Below the pieces are notes generated by a model that did not search any database, had not been told where the DNA came from, and saw only the letters and a program-made list of their open reading frames with translations. DNA of 49,014 nt, the filler included, from Sphacelaria rigidula (lineage: Eukaryota), in NCBI GenBank assembly GCA_964200075.2. It is 3 parts of 3 records of this genome, joined end to end, with 100 filler letters (N's around TTAATTAATTAA, not from the genome) between each part and the next. Parts side by side here need not be neighbours in the genome. Positions count along the whole stretch, not along the records: positions 1 to 16,273 come from CAXNAA020001414.1; 2 more parts are not named here. One strand, given 5' to 3'. Within the stretch, counting starts at the first letter, position 1; every line of letters begins with the position of its first letter. Positions 1 through 9,643 of the stretch are shown here, piece by piece. The position numbers and the translations under genes were made by a program.

Positions 1-116
1 AAAAAAAACACCCCCCAAAAAAAAAAAAAATTTTCCCCCCCCCCCCCACCCTTTCCCCCCCCCCCCCCCCCCCCCCCCCCGGTGCAATAAAAGACCATCA
101 AAACAGACGTTTCATC

Positions 117-560
117 ATGAGGACATTCGGCAGTTGCAACAGTTACTCCCGACCCCTTCATCTTTGTACGACACTTCTTCTTCTGGTCTTGATCTACATC
201 GGCCTAAGGAGGTGGAAAGAATATCACCCAGGAAGGGAGCATGGACTATCGAACCTCGCCGCACCCAATCGACCACGGTGTTGGATCTTTTCCCACATGC
301 CCAAGGCGGGTGGGTCCACGGTGCGAGAGCAATTGAAGGCACGGTGGGGTAAGAAAAAATTCCGCAAATACGGAAGTCCTGAGTGGAAATTTGGGGAGAA
401 AAAGGCGCTATCTGTTTTGGATAGAGGCAGCGGATACCGCGTATATGCGGGAAGCATGACCGAGAGCCTGCGACGGTACGGCGGGGAGCGATGCATTTGG
501 TTTACGATGTTTCGACACCCCATCCCACGAGTTGTTTCTGCCTACTACTACTGCAAAAAT
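117..560 (+). CDS. Sulfotransferase exon 1 (TM anchor, PAPS-binding motifs)
   Basis: ATG at 117; ORF reads to YYYCKN, then GTGAG donor at 561. Confidence 0.9.
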
Positions 561-3500
561 GTGAGATGTTTACCGTACGAGCTGGGGGGGGTGGGCGAAG
601 AGGGAGAAATCGTCGGCATTTTGTCGGCGTATCCTATGAAACGGAGCGTTACCATTCCCGACACATGCCTGGAAAAGTCCAGTCCTTCTGTTGACGCGGT
701 AGTACTAGTCGGTGCATACAACAAGACGGGAAGGAATACAATCAATGGTAACGGTTTGTGAGGGGGAGGCAAACGAGAAAGGGTTTTGATCCGGGGAGAT
801 GTTGCGCCCAAGAAACCTTCCGTGCAGGACAAGGGGTACGTACGAGAGCCTGCTATAGCCCTTCCCTCCACCCTTGGATGAATGAACCAGGTGCCAGGTG
901 ATCCCCTCTGCGCCACGTCCATCATGTTAGCGACCAGAGTCGACCTTGTGACGTTTGCAAAGCACTGGGGGAATTTCGGACTTCGCCTCTTCGTCTTGAG
1001 CAAGATAAACCCAGACGCAGTCATGAGGTGAGAGCTTGAATGGTCCTGACAGTGCTTGAGCCGGTGCTAGTGCAACGGTGCTGTTGGGGAGTGCCCTAGC
1101 ACTGTACGGTACAGGTACGAGGAAATGGAATGGATTTTGGACATGTACTACATAAATGTGTGCACGTGGGCGAAAACAATCAGGAAGGGAATGTTCTCAG
1201 ATCAGGAACGGGTTTTTCATTCGGAACGGGAGGTTTTTCGGGATTTCCATCAAGGTGGTCAAGTCGTCCGAACCGGCTGTCACCGTTCTGAAAGCCCGTA
1301 ATCTGATGGAGATTTTGATGCAAAAAAAATTAAAATCGACGTGGTCAGTGCATAGTAATGAGGGGAAATGTGTCCAAAACAAGAAAAAGAAAATCAACAG
1401 TTTCGGCCACATCTTGTGTTTTCAAATCTGATAATGTCAAAAAAAAAATCCACGACAGATCACGAGCTTTCAATAACGGCCGTTTCGGGTGATTTGATCG
1501 TCATGGTGTAAATCACGATTTTTTTTCGTTCCGGACAAAACTCCGTTCATAATCTCACGAACATGTTCATTGTCAGATATCGCCAGCATCAACCACCCGT
1601 TGGCATACGGCATCCGCGAACAATCCACCCACACATCCGACCGTGTGAGAGACACCCTGACTCGGCAGTTGAAATTTTTCCCTTTCAAAGGTTGGTTGAT
1701 CGCACAATCACTTCCGGCGGAATGGTGGGCCCACGGTTTGATCATAGTTCGGGCTGTGCCCACGATGCAGCGGCACAAGTGGTGTTTTTTAACCGCCCCG
1801 CCGCTCCACCGCTCCACCACGCCACCTCTCCACTACCGGCGCAATCCTTTTATACCTCAAATACACGCCTAACAGAGTAGTGAGAGAGAAGGACCGGCCG
1901 GCGTCTGCGTGGTACCTACTCAGACGTTACATGGAGGAAAGGTACAAAGGACCGAGCCTGGGACCCGACTCAGCTCTAAACGGAACACTCGAATTCGCAA
2001 AAGAGCTGCTGGACACAAAATACGCCGCGGTTGGCCTGCTGGAGAATTTCACCCCCACCATGCACCTCTACGACCGAACCTTGGGGATGCCGGGCAGAGG
2101 GTGGTCGTGGTGGGCGAGGGTATTGGGGCGAAGAAACGTTAACAGCATGTTTAAGGAGCAGGAGGAAAAGGCGTTGGAGGAGGCGAGTGATGTCAAGTCG
2201 AGAAAAATAGATATGAAGGAAAGCACAGTGCAATTACTAGGTGGGCTACCTGCATTTTTTATGCGTGTGTATATATACCTGACTGCTGGTCTTGGAACGG
2301 TTGACATGGTTGTGTGCGTCTTCGCTGCGCCAAATGTCCATCTTGATGTTGTCTATGAACCCGGTCGGCTGGCTGAGCTCTCCACGGCAAACTGGCTGGG
2401 CTTTGCGACGAGTGATGTGAAACATCACTTCACCGTACACACCTTTTCCCACACCGACGCGTTGCCCCCTGCTCGCTCGAGGACGCGTGGTTAATGATCC
2501 GGCAGTCAAGCCACGCTCGAACATACCTCGAGGCAGGGGAGTGAACCAAAGTGTTGTTTACAATGGATAAAACAAGACGTCGCTTGGGACAGCAAATAGT
2601 GTTTGGGTTGTTGCTGATGTGGATACTCAGCCATATATCTGCAGCTCGTTGACGCTTGACCCCGCGATAGTACGGGCCTAAAACGTGTCGTTGTGCACCA
2701 TACTCCTGTATTCCCTCGATTTCAGCAACAACATACACCCCACCGTACCCCAACCGCAGCCGTACCCCCTCCCGGTGCTACATTGGCATGGATACGCAAC
2801 ATTTCGCTGCCGGGGTACACATCGACTCAGTTGCACACTTGCGCATTCGTTTCTTCGGAGCCTCCGGAGCCTTCGGTGCAGTGATTATGGATTGATTCAT
2901 CAGCACAGCCACTGTGTTGTCATCCTACACCTGTTGGCCACCACAAAGGGTCATCTGTCATGGGTCACTGCGGATTTTGGGGGCTTGATGTCAGCAAGCG
3001 GGGACAGGAAAAAGCTCACATGGATGTGTTTTCACCTTTATTAACCCTTAGACCGCGAGATTAGTCTTTCTGGACCATGCATACTTTTTTTCACTTGAAA
3101 TTGATGCCGATTCAACAGAAGACTAACCTCGCGGTCTAAGGGCTAAAGGACAAACACGGTCAGGCCAAAGAAAATGGTTGCACAGAACATTTACAGATTA
3201 CACCTCAGGTATTTGTGTCGACCGTGAGCCGAATTGTTGTGTATGCAATCGTATGTTCGTGAATATCGTGCCTTCTCTCGTAGCAATAAGCACTTCGGCG
3301 AGTGAAAAAAACGATTTCCCACACACAAATGTTGCACGGTCGGAGGGGTGCGGAAAACGTTCTCCAACAACAGATGGTTCAGAAACACAAATAACAATGT
3401 TCAATGTTTGCGTGAGATTGAGAGTATTCGGGTACGACTGCCAGAGACTCTACCCTAGTTTGAGTTCCTCAAGTACGTCTTTCAAAATACCCTGCAATTG

Positions 3501-4064
3501 AGTATACTCTACTCGACCTGCCCTTGCAATGCTTTCGTGAGATTGAGAGTATAGGATACGACTGAGAGGCAATAGCGACCAGTAAGTGAATGGGATCGTT
3601 TCAGTTCCGGAATGTCCCTCCACGAGGCCCGATATGCTCTCTGTAGTACCTCACCACTGTGGCCCTTGATATCCCTGAGAAGGATTTCGATTTGTAGCTG
3701 TAAGCACACGCCGGTGGTGACGGCAAAGAAAGCACACACGGAATGAAAAATTGGCCAAGTCAAAGCGAATGATCAAAGCCACTCTCGATCAGCGCTTTAC
3801 TCTCAATCTCACGAAAACGTTTTTAAATGCCGCTGGCTGGATCCTCTGAACCTTGGGCTATTATTACGCAAAATCACCATTCCATTGCTAAGCTGTCATG
3901 ACACGTGAATATTGCTGAGGACACTTATACCTCGATCGCTGACACGTCCTGCGCAGGCGTGGGCGGACCCGCAAATAGCACGCGTTGTTCATCTTGATGT
4001 GCTGCTATACGAGCACGCTAAAAAAGTACACTACAAGCAGCTCGCGGAGTACGGATTGGAGTGA
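117..4064 (+). CDS. Golgi-type (type II membrane) sulfotransferase, 4 exons: 117-560, 891-1027, 1876-2182, 3957-4064; 331 aa
   Basis: N-terminal hydrophobic anchor LCTTLLLLVLIYIGL; 5'-PSB-like motif HMPKAGGST; 3'-PB-like motif FRHPIPRVVSAYYY; C-terminal AVGLLE and LDVLLYEHAK motifs typical of Sulfotransfer_2/Gal-3-O-sulfotransferase-like enzymes. Intron phases 0/2/0 join without stops (996 nt). Donors GTGAG 561, GTGAG 1028, GCGAGT 2183; acceptors end 890, 1875, 3956. Confidence 0.88.
891..1027 (+). CDS. Sulfotransferase exon 2 (VPGDPLCATS...FAKHWGNFGLRLF...PDAVM)
   Basis: CCAG acceptor ends 890; GTGAG donor at 1028; phases match neighbouring exons; absent from the ORF track. Confidence 0.85.
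1165..1590. repeat. Degenerate inverted-repeat (MITE-like) element in intron 2
   Basis: Arm ~1190-1230 (gaatgttctcagatcaggaacgggtttttcattcggaacg) loosely matches the reverse complement of ~1527-1568; ends and TSD unresolved. Confidence 0.4.
1876..2182 (+). CDS. Sulfotransferase exon 3
   Basis: CTAACAG acceptor; same frame as ORF 1880; ends KALEE at GAG|GCGAGT. Confidence 0.85.
3045..3142. mobile_element. piggyBac-like MITE (98 bp) in intron 3
   Basis: ~28-bp TIRs cccttagaccgcgagattagtctt / aagactaacctcgcggtctaaggg; CCCT...AGGG ends; flanked by TTAA (3041-3044) and CTAA (3143-3146). Confidence 0.75.
3533..3816. mobile_element. MITE-like element with perfect 19-bp TIRs
   Basis: tttcgtgagattgagagta (3533-3551) and its exact reverse complement (3798-3816); third orphan arm at 3411-3426. 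Confidence 0.6.
3957..4064 (+). CDS. Sulfotransferase exon 4 (AWADPQIARVVHLDVLLYEHAKKVHYKQLAEYGLE*)
   Basis: CTGAC branch-like site and GCAG acceptor ending 3956; TGA 4062-4064. Confidence 0.85.
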   Translation, partial: AWADPQIARVVHLDVLLYEHAKKVHYKQLAEYGLE

Positions 4065-5604
4065 TGAAGCCGGGACCCTTGTGAGAGCACGGACTAATAT
4101 ATAAGCCAACCCTGTGCACATTTGCTGGTATGCATATGACAATATGCACGCCAGATATAGTTATTCATCACTACTCGGGTCTGTTGGAGATCGTGGTCGG
4201 GTCGGAGGCCTGTTTGGCAGCGATCGGAATCTTCGCAACATGCATGAAGGAGTGCACCCGTAAAAAAGTGCATGGGCACGCGTTTCCCCCCTGTTTTCGG
4301 ATGTCGCAAAAATTTTATCCTTGTGGGGTCGCGAGGCTTCCGGGGGACGGTAGCAACCGTCGAAGGTGGCCGATGACTTTCCTCGTGCTATGTGGGCGAG
4401 GACTGACCGTACTCGGGAGTTTTAGGCAGCTGGATCACTAGGCATCAGTTAGGGCAGATGTAAGTCTCAAGTGATCCCCAGCGAGCTTGACAGTGGTTCA
4501 TTGACAAGATCGCTATTTCCTGGGGTCCCAGATTCGGCTGTACGGATATGGGAGTTTCGGAGCTCTCGGGCAGTCAGAACTGCATCTGCAACGGCCGTTG
4601 TCTGGTTCACACGTCGTCAAAGGAATCTCTCCGAACATACAAAGTGGCGATCTCCACATCACCCCCCCCCCCCCCCGCACCAGCCCGAATTGACACATGT
4701 ACGCTTACGACGCTGACGTCTCGCGGGTGGTACATTTTTGTGCCTNNNNNNNNNNTCGTCTCCACCTCGCGTTGTTGTGTTCACACCTCGTCAACGCAAC
4801 TTCCCCCAAAAAAAAGTGGGGCGGTCCCCACTTCCCCCCCCCCCCCCCCCCCGTTGATGGCCTCGAGTACATCTTGAAGGACTCGTGCCGGGCATTCGAG
4901 GGAATACTACTTTCAGGAGTCTAGTTCGTGTGTGTTTTTGATATACTTCTACAGTGTCCTGTAGTTGAACGCGTCATATCCTCTATACTGGGTGTCGAAA
5001 AACACGAACCAAAGAACTTTATCGACGTTCTCCGACAAGCTCGTGTTGAAGAAAAATGGGGGAAAAAATGTTTTTCTTGAAATTTATGCAAGTTTCGCTC
5101 GGTGATTTGACATCAGCTGAACGATCTGCACATGTTACGGTATCCAACGGTCGACCCATGTGAGATCCGCTAATGACTTGCAAAGGAGTGGAGGCTATGA
5201 TGGCCGCGTGATACAGGGTAACCAGGCACGGGTCACTATGGGAAACGGCGGTGGTTTACAAAAACGTGCCTTTCTATTCTCGGAGTATTTTACTCGGAGT
5301 TGAAAGAGCTTTGACGGTAATCCGTATCAGCAAGGTCCCATTATGCTAATAAGAGCTTGATTCGAAGACCAAGTCTCTTTTCACCGGCGACCTGTTTTCA
5401 GTCGTGAAATCTGTCTCAATATTATGTTAGTCGTGTCTGCCTTTGGAGAAGCGTATTAATTTTATCTTGTACTGTCTTCTGCATGACACGAAGTCATATT
5501 TTCCAGCTCGCCTTAGTATTGTTTTTTCCTCTCGAATTTTGAGATGACGAGTCAGGTGAGTGCGTATTATTCAACTTGTGTTTAATTCGATACGAGTTTA
5601 TGAG

Positions 5605-5796
5605 TTACTGACAATGTGGTCTCTCCTCCGCTCGATACTCTAAATCTGCTGATGACCCGTAGCCTTGGAGGCGGAGACAGTACTTGTAATTGTGATGGCT
5701 CTTTCTTCCCGGGCCTCGTCTGTGGTTCACCACTTTGTCAATGATGTAACGTTCACTTTTTGGTTTCGTTACTCCTGGACGGTCAAGTTGAGGCAA
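5605..5796 (-). pseudogene. Chromodomain at the integrase C-terminus of element A
   Basis: YIIDKVVNHRR...YKYCLRLQGYGSSADLEY matches the chromo consensus Y.VE.I..HR...Y.V+W.GY....D.W. Confidence 0.75.
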
Positions 5797-7672
5797 GGGT
5801 AATTTTTTGCCTAGGAAATACTCGTCGAGTCGATCAAACTCGGGTGCTGGTGGTCGTTCTCGTGGGTAAGATTGCTGAAGATGAGCGAGATGTACTAACG
5901 TCCCTTTAGCATCCTCCTTTATCTTGACCTTGTAGACAACCGGTGATATTTTTTAGACCACCTTGTATGGTCCTCGATATGGTCACACCGATTTTGGATT
6001 TGGACTGTCTGTGTCTCGATGTGGCCTGAACAGTAGCACGTGTTGGCCAGGTTGAAAGACTGGGTAGGTATGGTTTGAGCTTATCATTGCTTGCTTTTCG
6101 TTTGTCTGCTTGTTTCTTCAAGTTGCATCTTGCAAATTCAAAAGCTAGCTGCAAGTTGTCTTTTAACTCTTTCGCGTGTTGTTTAGCATCCACAGTGTGC
6201 CCATTTTCGGAAATGCCCAAAACAGTGTCGGTTGGTGATTTTGGTCGAGGTCCGAACGTGAGGACATAGTTTGGTTTTTGCTCCATGGTGTTGACTGATG
6301 TATTATTTACGTCATTTGCACGAAGGGCAGCATAATCGCCCAGTTGTCTTGTTTGATGAGCTATGCATGGCTAACATGGTACGTAAATTCGAGTGTACGC
6401 GTTCTGAAACAGAGTAACCAACCATCAGGGCGGAACAGTGTCGTGTGCGTTTTCTCAAACTTTAGGATCAACGCCCACTAACTGATATGTTACGCGGTTC
6501 TCAAATTCGTTGCCTCGGTTGGAATGTAATTTTCTGGTTCAGCAAATGTTGTAAAGGCACGGTCAACCAGCATTTTTGCCACCGTGTTGGCTGATTTGTT
6601 TGGAATCGGAATAAGCAATGGGTGTCGTGTAAGATGATCCACGGCAGAAATCACATGTTTGCACGGCACACCGGCTGACGAATTTGAAAGCGTTTTGTAT
6701 TTGACCAGATCTATCGATATCTGCGTAAAAGATCTGTTCACAGGTATGCGGCCTACAAGCAATTTTGGACGGTTATGGGCCGTTCCCTTCCTCTGACATG
6801 AGTGACAACGTTCGCATCATTTTCTCACATTTTGACTGATGGTCGGCCACCAGTATTTGTGTCATATTTTTTCGTATGTCGGCTTGAAGGCTAGGTGACC
6901 TCCAGACAAGATATGATCGTGGTATGGGTGCAAAACGGAATTGACCAGAGCGTCTGGTAGGCCTACTCTAATGCGATAGGTGCCTTTCTTCGAAGGTGTC
7001 CTGGCAAATACGAGTTGAATACAATTCTGTCTTGAAGCACAAATAGATCAGTGTCTGTTTTTTCGGTATCGGTGCGCTTTCATCGGTCAGATATTGAATG
7101 TACGAGCGATACTCGTTTGCCTGTTCGGTTTGCAACTTGTCTTCGTCTATAGGCGTGAAAATATGTGTAGCGCTCTTGTGTGCAGCTTTGAGGGCGAGAA
7201 GCTCTCTGTCGCTCTGCACTGACTTCAGATTGTCCAGTTTTTCTGCCGAAATTTGAAACGGTTGGTTGGATTTCTTCATGTGTAATGCGGGATCCTCTGG
7301 GACGCTCCGACAAATTGGCGCGGGGCTTGACCTCATGTTCTTGCTACTGCTGAAACTGGAGAAGCCTTGAGAGAGTGTCCGGAACAACGTTTAATTTTCC
7401 GGGTCTATGATTCACAGTAAAGCTATATGACAGTAATGCTATCGCCCATCTTGTCAACATGTTGCCTGTGTCCTGCATCGAATAGAGGTACCTCAGTGCT
7501 GCATGGTCTGTCACACAAGTGAAATGTCGTCGTCCCCATAAAAAGAGCGCCAATACTGTATACTTAATACAACGGCGTAAGATCACTTGAGTGTAGCAGA
7601 GTAGTGCTGCTGAGCATGGTTAAAACACTGGCTGGCATACGCTAAGATTGCAACTCCGCCTTCCTTATCTGA

Positions 7673-8104
7673 ACAGCCGATCATCGAAATTGAAGATGGA
7701 GCTGTCCATTGAGGATGAGCACCCGGAGAATTAAAATCTTTGTATCCACACCAAATCTTCGAAATATGGTTCCATTCCTTCACACACTGGTGGCTATTGA
7801 CAACTGCTACACGCCATACAATTTTGGATTTCGATAACCGAAATGTTGGAGTCCTAGATGGAGAATTAATGTTGGGGTAGGTGATCCGATCGGATCGCCG
7901 AAATTCCCCACAATTTGTTTATCACCTAGGACCCCAAGATTGGATTATCGAAATCCAACTCAGTGCGCCGCGTAGTACTTGTCAATAGCTATCGGTAGGT
8001 GAAGGAATTGAACCGTATTTCGGGAAGTTGGAATGGGTACCAAGAATCTTCGGGTTCTCACCCTCGATGGAAAGCTCCATCCTCAAATTTCGATGATCGG
8101 CTGT
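7673..8104. mobile_element. 432-bp fully palindromic (foldback/MITE) element inserted in RNase H of element A
   Basis: Ends acagccgatcatcgaaatt / aatttcgatgatcggctgt; arms stay complementary to the centre (~7890); exact removal restores in-frame LTQE|SDKEGGVAILAYAS. Confidence 0.9.
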
Positions 8105-8393
8105 TTCTTGGGTAAGCATCGAGCCCGTCCCTTCTCCAGATGCATCCACTTGGATGTTGAACTCTTGCCAAAAGTCTGGGAGATGAAGGACCGGAGCAGT
8201 CGTGAGAAGCCTTTTTACTTCTGCGAAAGCTGCATCGTGTTCCGTATTCCAACATTTTTATACTTCTTCGGCTGCCTCTTTTTTGTAAGATCTACCGGCG
8301 GCCCGATTACCTGTCAGAGGTTCACGAAAGTTATCGTGCCTAGCACCACCCGTAATTGCTTCCTTTTGGTCGGCATGGGTAAATCTATTATGG

Positions 8394-8745
8394 ACAGCCG
8401 ATCGTCGAAATTGAGGATGGAGCTTTCCATTGAGGATGAGAACCCGGAGAACAAAAACCTTCGTATCCACACCAAATCTTCGAAATATCGTTCTAATCCT
8501 TCAAATACTTGCAATTATTGACAACTGCTGCGCGTCATACAAAGTTGGATTTCGATAACCGAAACGTTGGGGTCGCAGGTGAAGAATCGATTTCGGGGAA
8601 TTTCCGCGATCCGATCAGATCACCTAAAATCCCCCAAATTGTTTCTTCACCTGGGACCCCAACATTTTGGTCATCGAAGTCCAAATTTGTATGGCGTGTG
8701 GTAGTTGTTAATAGCTACCAGAAGGTGAAGGCATGGAATAATACG
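8394..8745. mobile_element. Second, right-truncated copy of the same palindromic element
   Basis: Starts acagccgatcgtcgaaattgaggatggagc and aligns colinearly with 7673-8015; right end lost together with the RT core of element A. Confidence 0.85.
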
Positions 8746-8875
8746 CAGATTTGAATACGTGGCTCAATGACCGCAGCAGTTGTAAGTGACGGCACATTTG
8801 TTTCAACAAGAAGAGCCATTTCGCTTCGAGGCGGGACGCAGCATATTTCAGCAGACAATTATATAAAATGAGGTT

Positions 8876-9096
8876 TGTGACGCCAGCCAGTGGAAGAACT
8901 GCTGGATCACTGCTGTTGAGTGACTCCCCAGTCTTTCTGGCCACACTATCAGTTGTCAGCCTTTACAACATTCTCATTATTCGGGAGTGCCCTCGTAGGC
9001 ACAGCCTCCTAGACACACCAAGGTATATACCTAGTGTCCCCGACCATTATCCAGATCATCACTACCAACTCAACCTAACGGCGTTAATTCGTCACA
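8876..9096 (-). repeat. 3' LTR of element B
   Basis: tgtgacgcc...gtcaca, 221 bp; 16 mismatches versus 13469-13689 by manual count. Confidence 0.95.
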
Positions 9097-9097
9097 G

Positions 9098-9547
9098 TGT
9101 GATGAAGCTCAGAGACGTTGCAAGATATACACTGTGCGGGTCTGCTCGTAGACCGTGGATTCCGTGACGCGTTGTTATCGCGTCTGCTACTGTCATTAGT
9201 TAGGGTTGTTCAGCCGCGGCGGTAGGCCGCGTCGCCCTATCTAATCAGTTACCGGCTCACCTTGGTCTCGACCCTGGGCCATCACTACGCTCTGCTCCTA
9301 TGGCTGCGCCACGGCTATGCTGAGTAAGAGAGGCTTGTAGATAAAACATGATGCTAAGCAAACACGTGAGTTCCTTATCAAGAGTCTGAACATGTATGAA
9401 CTTACTTTGTAATGAACAAGGATGGATAGCTAGGTCTGTGTGAAGTTGCCCACGTGGGAGCTTGGTGGGTTGGCACCGTGGTATCTCCTGGCACTCATAC
9501 TGAGAGACCCCAGCCAGTGCATCAGCTTCTCCACTCTCCCTATGACA
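9098..9547. mobile_element. 450-bp solo LTR of an unrelated family
   Basis: Ends TGTGATG...CTATGACA; flanked by direct repeat ACAG (9094-9097, 9548-9551); no partner LTR in the window. Confidence 0.75.
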
Positions 9548-9643
9548 ACAGGACCCCCAAAGCGCGTTGGACGAAAATTGATCAACAAGTTTGCCACATA
9601 GAAAACGCCTCAACGATGAGAAAGTCACAACTGAATACCAAAC

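Noticed and set aside
1..80. Poly-A/poly-C runs as telomere or G-quadruplex
   Set aside because: Irregular homopolymers typical of low-quality sequence near a contig end; no telomeric unit
561..761. C-terminal part of ORF 117-761
   Set aside because: Read-through into intron 1; sulfotransferase-like sequence resumes at 891
2183..2494. C-terminal part of ORF 1880-2494 with a hydrophobic stretch
   Set aside because: Intron 3 read-through past the GC donor
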